Source: Callorhinchus milii (taxonomy: Eukaryota). From it: a stretch of DNA of 64,000 nt. The position numbers and the translations under genes are program-made. Within the stretch, counting starts at the first letter, position 1. Each line of letters opens with the position of its first letter. The stretch lies in NCBI RefSeq assembly GCF_018977255.1, contig NW_024704742.1, positions 125,738,001 through 125,802,000 of the forward strand, written 5' to 3'. Shown here piece after piece: positions 39,751 to 52,677 of the stretch. The notes beneath the pieces were generated by a model. The model did not search any database. It had not been told where the DNA came from and saw only the letters and a program-made list of their open reading frames with translations.

Positions 39751-40085
39751 ACAACAACAGCAACAAAATTAAATTTGTGTAGCGCCGTTCACATCAGGAG
39801 GACGTCCAAGGTGCTGAACAGTCAGTGTTTCGGACTCGGGCTGGGGGGCGGGCTTGGGAAGGGTGGAGGTCAGTGAGGGAACCAGGGTGATCGAAAGCAC
39901 GGTCGAAAAGGAGGGTCTTGAGATGGGTCTTGAAGGAGGAAAGGGAGGGGGCAAGGCAGAGGGACTGCGGGATGGAGTTTCAGAGGTGGGAGCAGAGTGT
40001 CAGAAGACCCACCCACTGAGCACGCAGGATGGTAGGTGGTTAGGAGATCAGGCCTTGAAGGTAAGGACCAGGATCTTGAAATGAA
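39751..40085 (-). mobile_element. L2 3' fragment
   Basis: (CAA)n tail and L2 3' UTR similar to 22894-23160. Confidence 0.8.
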
Positions 40086-42917
40086 GCACTGAGGTCTGCA
40101 GGATACAAAGGAAGTGAAGAAAGAAAGAAGAAAGCTATGTTCACTAAGATTGATTTCTTCCCTTAAATCAAAAGAGCAATCAAACAAGTTTTTTTAACAA
40201 AATGCTTGAACAAAAAGGTCTTTTTAAAACCTTGAGAACTTCATGTTTTTTTCAAAAGGCAACATGCCAAGTTGACTGTAAGAAGCCATATAATGTAGTG
40301 TACTTTGACTCCAAAGGGCTTTTAATAATCCTTGCATTTGATTTGGGACCTTATCACAATGTCAAAATGTCTCCAAGAGCTTCACACATGTAAAGTGCAG
40401 TGACTATGCGCTTTAAAGGCAAATGTGTCAGTGAATTTGCATTCAGCGATTTCCCTCAAAACAGCCATAAAGTTAATGATGAATTTTATCTGAGTGGATT
40501 CTTGGTCAGCACCCTGGAAGAAACTTCCTTCTCTTTTCGAGTGGTGTCATGGATCTTTAGCATCCTGAACAGGTAGACAGGACCTCAGATTAATGTCTTA
40601 TCCAAAGGACAGCACTTCTGACAATGCAGCACCCACCCCCTCCCCACCCCAGCATTGCACTGGAGTATTCAAAGTCCCGATGAATAGGAATGATTGTTTG
40701 CAGTACAAACACAGGCATGGACTGATTGGGCTGAGTGATCTGTTTCCATGCTGTACATTCTTTGAATATGGAGGGAGACAGGATGAGAGACAGTGCTGAG
40801 ATAGGTGTGAAGACATCCAGCGGTTTGTGAATTGTAGAAATTTAATGTAGAGAAATGCTGCCGCAGCATGGAAATGGACCAGTCATCCCAACCAGTCTGT
40901 GCTGGCATTTTATAGTGCAGATGAGACTCCACCCCTATTGCTCTCACCTATACACATCTGTTCCTTCTCTGTCACGCATGCATCAAGTTTTTTCTTAAGT
41001 ATATTGACATTATTTGCTTCAACTGAATATATGAATGTCATCTAGCAGACATTGTAAATATTGGCATCTGGATTTTCTTCAAACCTCATCATTGACCGCC
41101 AACAACAACAAATTACATTTAAATAGTGCCTTTCACGTATAGGAGATACATAGGTGATATGGCTTGGATAAAGACAAATACAACATTGGATTAAATTAGT
41201 TATTTAAAAATCGATGTTCTGGCCCTAAAAAAAATCATGGTGACACAAGAATTTACAGCTCTGAGAAGTTTTAAACTAAGTGCAGCAAAGTCTAATAGGA
41301 TTCCCTGAGAAGGAACTGCAATAGGGATTCTTCGGTGGCTGGAAGTGAGTGAGGCATGACTTTTGGGAACAGCATCTGAAAATAGATTTTTATTACATAC
41401 ATTATTATAGAATCCTGTTAGAAATCACTGAATATTAAAGCCTGATATTCATTATTGTGGAAACAATTATGACCTGTGATGTATTAATTAGATATCTTTG
41501 AACACTGTAGCAAGCCAATATATTAATTTCACCTACAGGTCTGTGAGTGCGGTCCAAACCCTCACCCAACCACACTCTCACTGGATACTCAACCCCACTC
41601 TCCAAACAAACCCCTGATTGTCCCCGATTCAGCCACAGTCACCCATGCACAAGGGCGAACTGGCTACATGGTCAATTTCCTGAGTGTCCCAATGATTGGC
41701 TCCCAATACTTACCACCCGAAAGCTCACCCTCCCTGATGAGTGACAACTACAATAGACAATCATTGCCCAGACTAAATAAATGCTGTTTCACCCCCACTA
41801 AGGTTTTAAATGCGCAGAGATTTTATCACCTCCCCCTACAATTTGCCCCCCCCTACTCAGCATCCCCATTTTACCTGAAAATCCCGAACCCTTTCTGGCA
41901 GCCAGAATGGGCAGCCCGCCACTGCCCATACAGTGCCTGCTTCTCATACATTGTTGCATTAAGTTGGTATCCTGCTAACCAGCAGGCCACAAGTTCAATG
42001 GACAATGCTGGCGGCTGCATTATGATGGAGTAGGGGAGGGGAAAGAACACAATCACCGACCAGTCCAAATATTAAGATATCGGACTGGCTTCATTTTTGA
42101 ACATAGCATTAATTGATGCCATTGTCCGTAGAAAAAGTCATTTTTTGAAAAATCGATACCAGTTAGCGTGAGCGTGTCAATGAGCAGTATTACACGTCTT
42201 CAAAGGGGAAATCGTGGTAAGGGTTTCTGTGGCTCAGTAAACAACAAATAACAACTCTGAATGAGCATTCTCATGGTCAGCTCTCTGCCTCATCAAAAGA
42301 AGGCCCGAGAAACCACCACAGTCATCTCCGACCCAAAATCTGCTGAATGTGCTCCTGGTCCCAGGCACTATGGTCCAGCAATCAACACTAATTATTGTCA
42401 ATGTCCTGTCTTTAGTCTGTCTTTTATATTTCTGGTTAGTATTGGGAGTGGGGTCTGAGAAGGGAGAGTTCTCCCACAAAATATAGTCAATTTAATCCAC
42501 TTTACAATATATTCTGTGAAGCACTTTGAGTCATCTCAACAACATGAAAAGCGCTATATCAAATCCAATGATTATTATCATTATTATTATTCTTTTCTGT
42601 GAATAGCTGTGAACTCTTCATTGAAATTCAGTGGAAAACCACCAACTGATTCAATCTCCATAATTACAACAGCCTCGGAATTAGACCAGAACTGCAACTT
42701 CTCTGTGACAAGGTACTCTCTCAATTAGGTGGAAAGAACTCATTCACACTCAGGTATTTTAATCGCTCCGGGACGCTATCCCGTGTGAGGGGTGCTATAT
42801 AAATGCAGATTGTTGTTGTTGTTACTCAATCCTGTAGCATTAATATCATCCGTGCAGCTGAACAAGACAGTTGAAAATAAATCATCCATGTTCCGGGCAC
42901 TGAGTTTGTGACAGCGT

Positions 42918-43232
42918 TATAATCATAATAATCCTTGCATTTGATATAGCGCTTTTCACATCTTCTCGACATCTCAAAGTGCTTCACAGAATAGACTGTA
43001 AAATGAATTGACCGTATATTTGTGAGCGAAACGTGGCAACCAATTGTGCACAGCTGTGTCCCACAAACAGTCATGGATTGAAAATGACCAATTTATTATT
43101 GTTTTGTTTTGGAGGGATTATTATTAGACTTGTGGAGTAAGGAAACATGCTCAAGGTTTCACCCTGCCTGGAATTGAACCCAGGTGTCTCGCTTGCAAAG
43201 CGAGTGCTCTAACCACTGAGCTACAGGACTCC
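42918..43232 (-). mobile_element. Young SINE, full length
   Basis: Head ends CTGAGCTACAGGACTCC at 43232; core and tail are present. Confidence 0.9.
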
Positions 43233-43619
43233 TATTATTATTATTATTAATAATAATAATATTAATAATAATAATATAATAGTGTTAATGATAACAATTT
43301 CCACCAGACTGTGTGGTGGACAGACTCACAGAAAAATACAGTGGCATGTGGAAGGTGAGCCCATGACAGACATACCAACAATAAAGTAACCAATAGCATG
43401 GTAAATGGAGAACAATTACATGTATTTCTATTTTCACACAGGGTGGAAAAACCTAGTGTCTCAAATGTATTGATCTTGTAGTATGAACATTTTGCAGGCT
43501 GTGTAACTGCCACTCTGTGTGAGGTTACAAGTCTTGTCAAAGTCTGTTAAAATTCAAGCTCCAGGATCCTGAGCCTTTCATACCTCACTGATAAATTATT
43601 AACTCGCAAAAGAATGACT

Positions 43620-44801
43620 CAGCCAAGGAAATTCAAGGAGATACTGGACTTCCTCGAATTTAAATCGAGGGGATATGTTCAGCTACCTCAGCCCTGTCCA
43701 CAGCCACCCCCACCTCACCTCTCCCTCATGACCCACCCCCCACCCATCCCCCTCTATACTCCTTCGACCTTATCTCTCCCTCCTCCCTCACCACGACTGT
43801 CCGCAACCTCAAACCCACCACCTGCTCCCTCGATCCCATCCCCATGTCTCTCCTCGTCACCCAGCTCCAACTTGTGGCCCCTCTCCTGTCCCATGTCATC
43901 AACCTTTCCTTGTCCACTGGTTCAGTTCCCACCCCCCTAAACACAGCTGTCATCAACCCCATCTTGAAAAAACCTTCCCTGGATCCATCCCTCCTCTCCA
44001 GCTACCGCCCCATCTCTAAACTCAAATTCCTCTCCAAGGTCCTGGAATGAGTCATCGCATCCCAGCTCCGTTCCTTTTTCTCTCGCCATTCCCTCTTTGA
44101 ACCCCTCCAATCCGGCTTCCGCAATGCCCACAGCACGGAAACAGCCCTGGTCAAAGTCATTAATGACATTCTGAACATCTGTGATGAGAGCTCCCTCTGC
44201 CTTCTTGTCCTCTCTGCCGCCTTCGACACTGTCGACCACTCCATCTTCATACACCGCCTTTCCGTTTTACTCAATCTTCACGGATCTGCCCTTGCCTAGT
44301 TCAATTCCTATCTCTCTCACCATCTCCACTTCATTGCCTCTAACAGTTTCTCCTCCAGCCCCTGAATTGTCACATATGGCATCCCCCAGGGCTCTGTCCT
44401 TGGTCCTCTCATCTTTAATATCTACATGCTCCCCCTTGGTGACATCATCCGCAGTCATGGGGTCAACTTCCATGTGTATGCAGATGACGCCCACTCTATC
44501 TTTCTGCCTTCACTCTCAACTCCAGGACCACTGCTGTCCTGACAGACTGCCTGTCGGACATCAAGTCCTGGATGAGGTCAAATTTCCTATAGTTGAATGT
44601 GAACAAGACTGAGGCCCTCCTGATTGGCTCGCGCCAGCGCCTCAGCACCTCATGCTCTGACAGCATCAACCTCCATGGTTGCACACTACTACTCACCAAG
44701 CCAGTCAGGAACCTTGGTGTCTTGTTCGACCCTCAACTGTCTTTTCTACCCCACATTCAAGCCAAGACCCGCTCTGCCTTCCCTCACCTCTGTAACATTG
44801 C
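43620..44801 (+). mobile_element. L2 ORF2 (RT) fragment, interrupted at 44801 and resuming at 46506-46545
   Basis: YRPISKLKFLSKVLE, TATGCAGATGAC (YADD) and RNLGVLFD. L2 sequence resumes as ATCGCCCGACTCCGCC at 46506. Confidence 0.9.
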
Positions 44802-46505
44802 AGATGAATGTCAATGTGGAGAAATGCGAGAAATCCCTCTGAACACTAACACTATCTAGTCTCTCCCCCTCTAGAAGACAATCTGCTTTTCTGTTTTTAC
44901 TAGCTAGGGGAATAGCTTCACACTTCCCCACATTATATGCCATTTGCCACCTTCTTGCCCACTCACCTAGCCTATCTATATCCCTTTGCAATCTTTTTGT
45001 GTCATCCTCAGAATTTACTCTCCCACCTAGCTTAGTATCATCCACGCATTTAGATATTTAAAGTTCTATGTTCTCGTCTAGATCATTGATATAAATTGTA
45101 AATATAACCTTGTGAATTTCCTTTGCACCCTCTCCAGTGCCTCTACATCCCTCCTACAATGTGGGGACCAGAACTGCACACAGTATTCTTTCGCCCACAA
45201 ATATAAGGTCAATTCACTTTACGGTCTATTGTGTGAAGCGCTTTGAGACGTCTAGAAGACGTGAAGAGCGCTATATCAAATGCAAAGATTATTATTATTA
45301 TTAAGTGTGGTCTAACCAAGATTCTACAAAAGTTTACCATAACTTCCGTGCTTTTCATTTCTATCCCTCTAGAAATGAATCCCAATGCCTGGTTTGCCTT
45401 TTTTATGGCCTTATTAACCTGGGTTGCTACTTTTAGTGAATTGTGTATGTCTATCCCTAGATTCCTTTGCTCCTCTACCCCATTTAGGTTTTTATTTTCC
45501 AGGATGCATACGACTTCTTTATTCCTTCTACCAAAATGTACCACCTCACATTTTTCTACATTTGAAATGCATTTGCCATTTAAATGTCCATTCAGCACGT
45601 TTATTAATGACTTACTGTAATTTGTTGCAGTCCTCCTCTATACTATAATCCGGGACAGAATAAATCTTCAATTAGAAGAATATGGGTTAATTAGGGACAG
45701 CAAGCACAGATTTGTTAAAGGCAAATCTTTTCTAACAAATCTAATAGAATTTTTCAATGAGGGGGTAAAATAACTGAGAGACCTGGGGGTTCAGGTAAAT
45801 GAATCCTTGAAGGCGGCAGGACAGGTAGATAAAGCTGTGAAAAGGGCGTATGGGATACCAGACTTTATAAATAGGGGCGTAGAGTACAAGAGTCAGGAGG
45901 TTATGATTAACCTATAGAAAACACTGGTTGCCTAATATTGCCTAATATTCAGTTAGAATATTACGTCCAGTTCTGGGCACCACACTATTGGAAGGATGTT
46001 AAGGCATTGAAAAGGTTGCAGAGGAGATTTACAATGATGGTACCAGGAATGAGAGACCTTGATTATGAGGAAAGGCTACAGAGGTTAGGATTATTCTCAT
46101 TGGAGCAGAGAAAGTTACGAAGAGACCTAATAGAGGTCTTCAAAATTATGAGGCAGTTTGATAGGTTAGAAAGGGAAAAACTGTTTCCACTGGTGGGTGT
46201 GTCGGTGACTCGAGGTCACAGATTTAAAATAGTCTCTAAAAGAAGCAGAGGGGAGGTGAGAAGAAATTTTTTCATGCAGAGAATTGTTTGAATCTGGAAC
46301 GTATTGCCTGAAAGGGTGTCGAGGCCGTTTCGATAACTACTTTTAAAAACGCGGTGGACGGGTGTTTGAGGAGGACGGGTTTACAGGGTTATGGGGAAAG
46401 GGTTGGGGAGTGGGATTGACTTTACATTGCTCTTTTCAAAGAGCTGGCACAAAGTCGATGGGCCAAATGGCCTCTTTTTGTGCTGTATGATTCTATGATT
46501 CTATG
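44802..46505 (+). mobile_element. Composite insertion copying the 59221-61263 nested CR1/SINE stack
   Basis: Colinear with 59221-61263 except for a 353-bp deletion. Ends in an (ATTCTATG)n CR1 tail and is flanked by ATTGC and ATCGC. Confidence 0.88.
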
Positions 46506-46970
46506 ATCGCCCGACTCCGCCATTACTTCACCCCTCAGGCTGCTGGAAAATTGTGATTTTAATGTATATTTAAAACCAAGGGATGAGTGTGCAACTGTCA
46601 CTAAACACAAAAGGTTAGATTTGCCCTCTGATTCATTGTGTAAGAAGAACTAGGTGAGCCTCTGATTAATATTTTTTAGGATCTCTGTAAACACTGGAGA
46701 TATAAACATAACAATAGAACAATCATTACATTTGGTATAGAGATGTGTCACACTGTCAAAATATCTCGAAGTACTTCACAGGATTGATTGCGTAATGATT
46801 ATATATTTTCTTGGCATGTGCGGCAAGCAATTTTTGCACAGTGATGTTCCACCAACAGCCATGAAGTGACTGAATTTTTTTTTAATCTGGGGTACTGTTG
46901 ACCAGTACACTGGGGGAAACTCCATTCTCTTTTCAAATAGTGCCATGGGATGCTGAAAGTCCACTTGAAA

Positions 46971-47662
46971 TCCATAACATCGCCAACTCCGCCACTCCTC
47001 TCAAGCCCCCAGGCCACTGAAACTCTTGTTCATGCCTTCATCACCTCCAGGCTCGACTATGCAAATGCCCTGCTTGTCGGCCTTCCCAACTCCTCCCTCC
47101 ACAGGCTGTAGATAATCCAGAACTCTGCAGCCCGTGTCCTCTCCCGCACCAAACTCTGTGACCCCATCTCCCCCACTCTCGTCCATCTCCATTGGCTCCC
47201 AATCTTTCAGAGGATCCAGTTCAAGATCCTGGTCCTTACCTACAAAACCCTCATGGCCTCGCCCCACCCTACCTCTGCGATCTCTTAACCCCCTACCAAC
47301 CCATCCGTTCCCTCCGCATCCTGCTCCACATTCCCCGACCCTCCCTCCGTTCAGCCGGCTCTGGCCTGCTCCAAGTCCCCCGACCCACCCACTCCCCCAT
47401 TGGTGGAAGAGCCTTCAGCCATTCTGTCCCCAACCTCTGGAATTCCATCCCCCAGTCACTCCGTCTCGCTCCCTCCTTAGCCTCCTTCAAGTCTGCCTCA
47501 AGATCCTCCTCTTTGACCATGCTATCGGCCACCTTCCTTCCTCTCCCCTCCCTTCTCTCCCCCTGATCCCAGCTCGGATCTGAAATGCTGTGCACTGTCC
47601 AGCGCCTTGGGATGTCCTCTTGATGTGAAAGGCGCTTTACAAGTGTAATCTTGTTGTTGTTG
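46971..47662 (+). mobile_element. L2 3' fragment
   Basis: SRLDYANALL...GGRAFSHSVPNLWNS and a (TTG)n tail. Confidence 0.88.
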
Positions 47663-47991
47663 ATAACTATAGCTTTCTCCTATAACAAAATGCAAGGATA
47701 CTGATGGTAATATGAGGTAACCTTGCTGAGTTCAGCTAAATTAGCATAGACTGAGGTTTGAACCTGGGATCTGTAACAACAATATTTTTTTTCTTTTCAT
47801 GTATATATACAATTCCCTTTTGAAAGTTCTTATTGAAGCTGCTTCCACCACCCTTTCAGGCAGTGCATTCCAGTTCTTAATATCTCCCACGTTCTAATAA
47901 CTCTCTGTGTGAAAAAGATTCTTCATTTCCCCCTCCCTCTTAAATCTGACAGTGACATTCTTGAACTAAGGTGCCTTTATTATCCATTTGT

Positions 47992-48342
47992 GGAGTTCTG
48001 TAGCTCAGTGGTTATAGCATTCGCCTCACAAGCGAGAGACCTGGATTCGATTCCCAGCAGGGCGAAATGTTGGGCAAGTTTCGTTACTCCACACGCCTCT
48101 ATTTACATAGTAGTAAGTAGGAACCCGGTTGTTTGTCGATTGGCGAATCGCTTTTCTGGGGATAATATGCCTTAAAAAAAATTTGGTCAGTCAATCCACG
48201 TCTGTTTGTAGGACACTGCATTTTGTCCACAAAATATACAGTCAATTCACTTTGCAGTATATTCTGTGAAGCGCTTTGAGACATCTAGAAGACATGAAAA
48301 GCTCTTTATCAAATGCAAGGACTATTATTATTATATTATTAT
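47992..48342 (+). mobile_element. tRNA-derived SINE (long-middle subfamily)
   Basis: A and B boxes, a GTAAGTAGGAACCCGG middle block and an (ATT)n tail. Confidence 0.88.
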
Positions 48343-48828
48343 TAACCTGTAACTCTTTAACCCATAGGCATGAATGCTACCAACTGAGCCAAATGAGTGC
48401 TTATAATTCTGAGAATAAAGGATACTCAATAGTAATTACAAGACAGTAATTACAGATTACTTAACAAACCACACAAAAGATCAAACATTTTATAATTGTA
48501 TTGTCAGCAATCCTCTGTAGGACAAGAGTCTGTGAAGCTTATTTATGGAATGTCTGAGGCTGTTTTTGTGTTCACATAATGGGAAACACCCATTGGTGAA
48601 ACAGTGCAACTTGTAACAGCTTTTAACATCAATGCTATTTCCTAGTAACTTACTTTAGACTTACTGCTCCTATGATGACAGTAAGCTATTTGTTTTGGTT
48701 TCAAGCCTACATTGGGATATTAAACCCTTAGCCTTTGCTGACACTCCAATTCAGTGCCAGCGAGTACTGTTTTTTCAGAGGAGCGATCGTTTGGTGAGAC
48801 ATCAAACTGAGGTCCCGTCTTCCTGTTC

Positions 48829-49793
48829 AACAACAACAAGATTACATTTGTATAGCGCCCTTCACGTCGGGAGGACGTCCCAAGAAACTGGACAGTGTAC
48901 AGCATTTCAAACCCGAGCTGGGATCAGGGGGGAGAAGGGAGGGGAGGGGAAGGGGGATGGCTGATGGAATGATCGAAGAGGAGGGTTTTGAGGCGGGACT
49001 TGTAGGAGGCTAAGGAGGGGGCGAGGCGCAGTGACTGGGGGATGGAATTCCAGAGGTTGTGGGCAGAGTGGCTGAAGGCTCTCCCGCCAATGGTGGGGCA
49101 GATGGGTCGGGAGATGTGGAGCAGGCCGGAGCCGGCTGAGCGGAGGGAACGGGCGGGTTGGTAGGGGGTTAGGAGATCGCGGAGCTAGGGTGGGGCGAGG
49201 CTATGGTGGGCTTTGTAGGTGAGGACCAGGATCTTGAACTGGATCCTCTGAAGGATAGGGAGCCAATGGAGACGGGCGAGAGTGGGGGAGATGGGGTCAC
49301 AGAGTTTGGTGCAGGAGAGGTCACGGGCTGCAGAGTTCTGGATTATCTGCAGCCTGTGGAGGAAGGAGTTGGGAAGGCCGATAAGCAGGGCGTTTGCACA
49401 GTCGAGCCTGGAGGCGATGAAGGCATGAAGAGTTTCAGCAGCCTGACGGGTGAGGTAGTGGCAGAGTCGGGCGATGTTACGGAGGTGGGGAAGGCAGAGC
49501 TGGTCATGGCTTGAATGTGGGGGAGAAAAGATTGTTGAGGGTCGAACAAGACACCTAGGTTGCTGACTTGCTTGGTGAGTTGTAGTGTGCAACCATGGAG
49601 GTTGATGCTGCCAGAGCCTGAGGTGCTGAGGCGCTGGTGCGAGGCAATCAGGAGGGCCTCAGTCTTGTTCACATTCAACTATAGGAAATTTGCCCTCATC
49701 CAGGACTTGATGTTCAACAGGCAGTCTGTCAGGACAGCAGTGGACCTGGAGTTGAGGGTCGAGGCAGAAAGATAGAGTTGGGTGTCATCCGCA
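48829..49793 (-). mobile_element. L2 3' fragment
   Basis: ORFs 49185-49592 and 49343-49678 (KTEALLI, NLGVLFD, LHWLP) and a (CAA)n tail. Confidence 0.9.
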
Positions 49794-50277
49794 ACCATGT
49801 CATTGCTTACAGCCATTGCTTACCTCTTGGCACACCAATTAAGGTGTTTACCATTCCCTGCATATACGAATGTGTGCCCACATTAATGGACTCCAGTTAA
49901 CATCTTGCAGCAGTTGTCATCAAAAGCCTCAACATTTCCTCATCAGCTATTTGCTGGACATCTGTTTCAACATGTTGAGAAGATCTTTACAGGCCAGTTT
50001 GTGAGATGTCAGCCTCAATAGCTTAACCCAGGTCAATATATGAGGGATTTGGGCAAAATAAACACAAAAACATGAAATAGACAACCTCAAGGGTGATCAG
50101 CAGCAAGGCAAGGTAGCCTGAACCCAACCCTCCCTCCCTGCAACCGTTTCTCCTTTTTACCATAAAGATTTACCACTGTTCAGTCCTTCACTTCACAAAT
50201 GGCCAGTTGGAAAGCCATCTGGTGTATACCCAGGAGATCAGAACCATGTAGAAAACTGTCTGAACACAAGTCCTATC

Positions 50278-51452
50278 CAACAACAACAACTTGCACTTAT
50301 ATAGTGCCCTCCATGCAGGGTAAGATTTCAGAGTGCTTAACAGTGGCGGATCCTGACTCCGAGCCAAGAATGGGAGGTGGGGAGGTGACCATAAGCACTG
50401 TCGAAAAGGAAGGTTTTCAGGCAGGACTTGAAAAAGGGGAGAGAGGGGGCAAGGCAGAGGAATTGAGGGAGAGTGTTCCAGAGTTTTGGGGCATAATGGC
50501 TGAATGCGTGACCTCCAATGATGGAGCAGAGGGTGCAATGGACAAGCAGGAGGGCCCGTGCCAGTCGAGCAGAGGTGCTGTGTGGTAGATTGGGGAGTGA
50601 GGAGGTCGGAGAGGTAGGGAGGAGGGGAAACCGGCGAGCAGTGCGTTTGAGTAATCCAGGCGGGAGGTGACACATGCATGCACGAGGGTATCGGCTGCAT
50701 TTGGGATAAGGTATGGTCAGAGGCAGGTAATGTGGTGGAGGTGGAAGAAGGGAGTCCTGGTCAGGGACTGGATGTGGGGGAGGAAGGATAGCTGGGGTCG
50801 AACCATAAGCCTAGATTACGCATTGGTTCGGTGAGTCTGAGGAAGAGGCCAGGGAGGTTTAGGAGGTCAGATCCGTAGGTGTACAGACTTTGATGGGAGC
50901 CAAGGAATATGGCTTCTGTCTTGTCCATATTCATCTGCAGGAAGTTTACACTCATCCAGGCCTTGATGTCTGCCAGACAAGCTGATAGAATCGGCGGATA
51001 TGGAGTCCAGCTGGAGGAGTCAAAATAGATATCTAAGTTATCCACATACATGTGGAAGTTTACCCCGTGTCTGCAGATGACATCACCAAGATGTAGATGA
51101 GGAAAGAAGAGGACCAAGGATGGAGCCCTGGGGTACCCCGCAGGCGACTGGGTGAGGCCGGCAGAAGAGACCATTTGCCGAGTTGAAGTGGAGGCAGTTG
51201 GTTAAGTAGGACTCATGCCATGTGAGTGCAGTCCCACTAAGGTGGATGAGGGAGGAGAGGCGGCGGAGGACGATGGCATGGTCGACTGTGTCGAACGCGG
51301 CAGAGAGATCCAGGAGGACAAGGAGGCAGAGGGAGCCCTGATCACAGATAGAGAGGACGTCATTTGCGACTTTGACAAGTGCTGTCTCTGTGCTGTGGGC
51401 AGGGCGAAAACCAGACTGCAAGAGCTCGAGGAGGGAGTGGAGGGAGTTGACC
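50278..51452 (-). mobile_element. L2 RT/3' fragment (divergent subfamily)
   Basis: [30 protein letters not shown] and GVPQGSILGP. Confidence 0.9.
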
Positions 51453-52677
51453 TGAAACAATGCGTTCCAGAATTCTTAGCTTGGTTTGGATACTCTTAAG
51501 CAATTGATGGGTTTCTGCATGTGTCAGACACATGGCTGACCAATTTTCTTTTCCCCTGTAATCAGATATTATGTACTGCAAGATAATGCAAGTCTCATAT
51601 TCTTTGGGCCTGTAATTCCTATATTGTAGAATCACAATGGAACTTAATATCACAAGATAGGTTTGGATGAAGAAGGCGCTTCAATCCATTTATAATAATA
51701 ATGCTAGCATTTGATATAGCACTATTCACGTTAGGAGGATGTCTCAAAGCACTTTGTAGGATTTACTGTAAAGTGTAACGACTTTTATAGGCAAAAGTTG
51801 CAGTCAGTTACGCTTACCCACAAACATCCATGAAATGAAATGATAAACTGTATCTGGAGAATTCCCCTGTACATTCCCCTATTTGGGGAGGTGTCTGTGG
51901 TTTCAGTGTCTCACATTTCGGGCAAAGCCTGAAATGTTCTAAGGCACTTTTAATAGATAAGCAGCTTGTCTGACTCACCATTAGTGGAATGAAAAAATTT
52001 CTTCAGATTATACGATACTTGCATTTAATATCATATCCCTTCAAAACCAATAACACATTGACTGTATATTTTGTCCAAAACACTGACTGTTCAGCGCTTT
52101 GTGACGTCCTCCCGATGTGAAACGCGCTCGATAAATGTAATTTTGTTGTTGTTGTATCATACTCATACTTTTTTCTTTTATATGCTTTCAGTCAAAAGGT
52201 TTTAAACTCAGTATCTGAACCTAGTATGAGGTAGTTTATTGTTCTAGATGACTAAACATTCAATGAGATATAACAAATTCATACCTAGCACGTATTTCTG
52301 AATAATAAAGTATATCTAGAACAGGTGATATTAGGGCAAAATTAACCAAACTATTATCTTCAGTGTATTTTAAGTTCTTCTCTATTAAACATGTAGGAGA
52401 CATGAACTGTGCACACTTCAAGTACAACTACAAATTGGAACAAAACACGGAACTCCGCATAGATTGCAGAGAAACACTGGGATAAAATTGATGGTATTTG
52501 CTGTCTATCACATTTATGTTGTAATGTTCTGCCTGGATAGGTAAAGCGGAGAAATTTCACCTGGGACTTGACTTACTCTATTTATAATAATCTTTGCACC
52601 TGATTTAGAATTTTATCATGTTGTCAACTTTTCTCAAAGGGCTTCACAGGATTTTTTCTGTGAACTGTGGTTATTGT

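Noticed and set aside
46506..47020. Two nearby L2 pieces starting at the same consensus position, read as a large TSD
   Set aside because: The overlapping ~45 bp differ substantially, so independent copies cannot be excluded.
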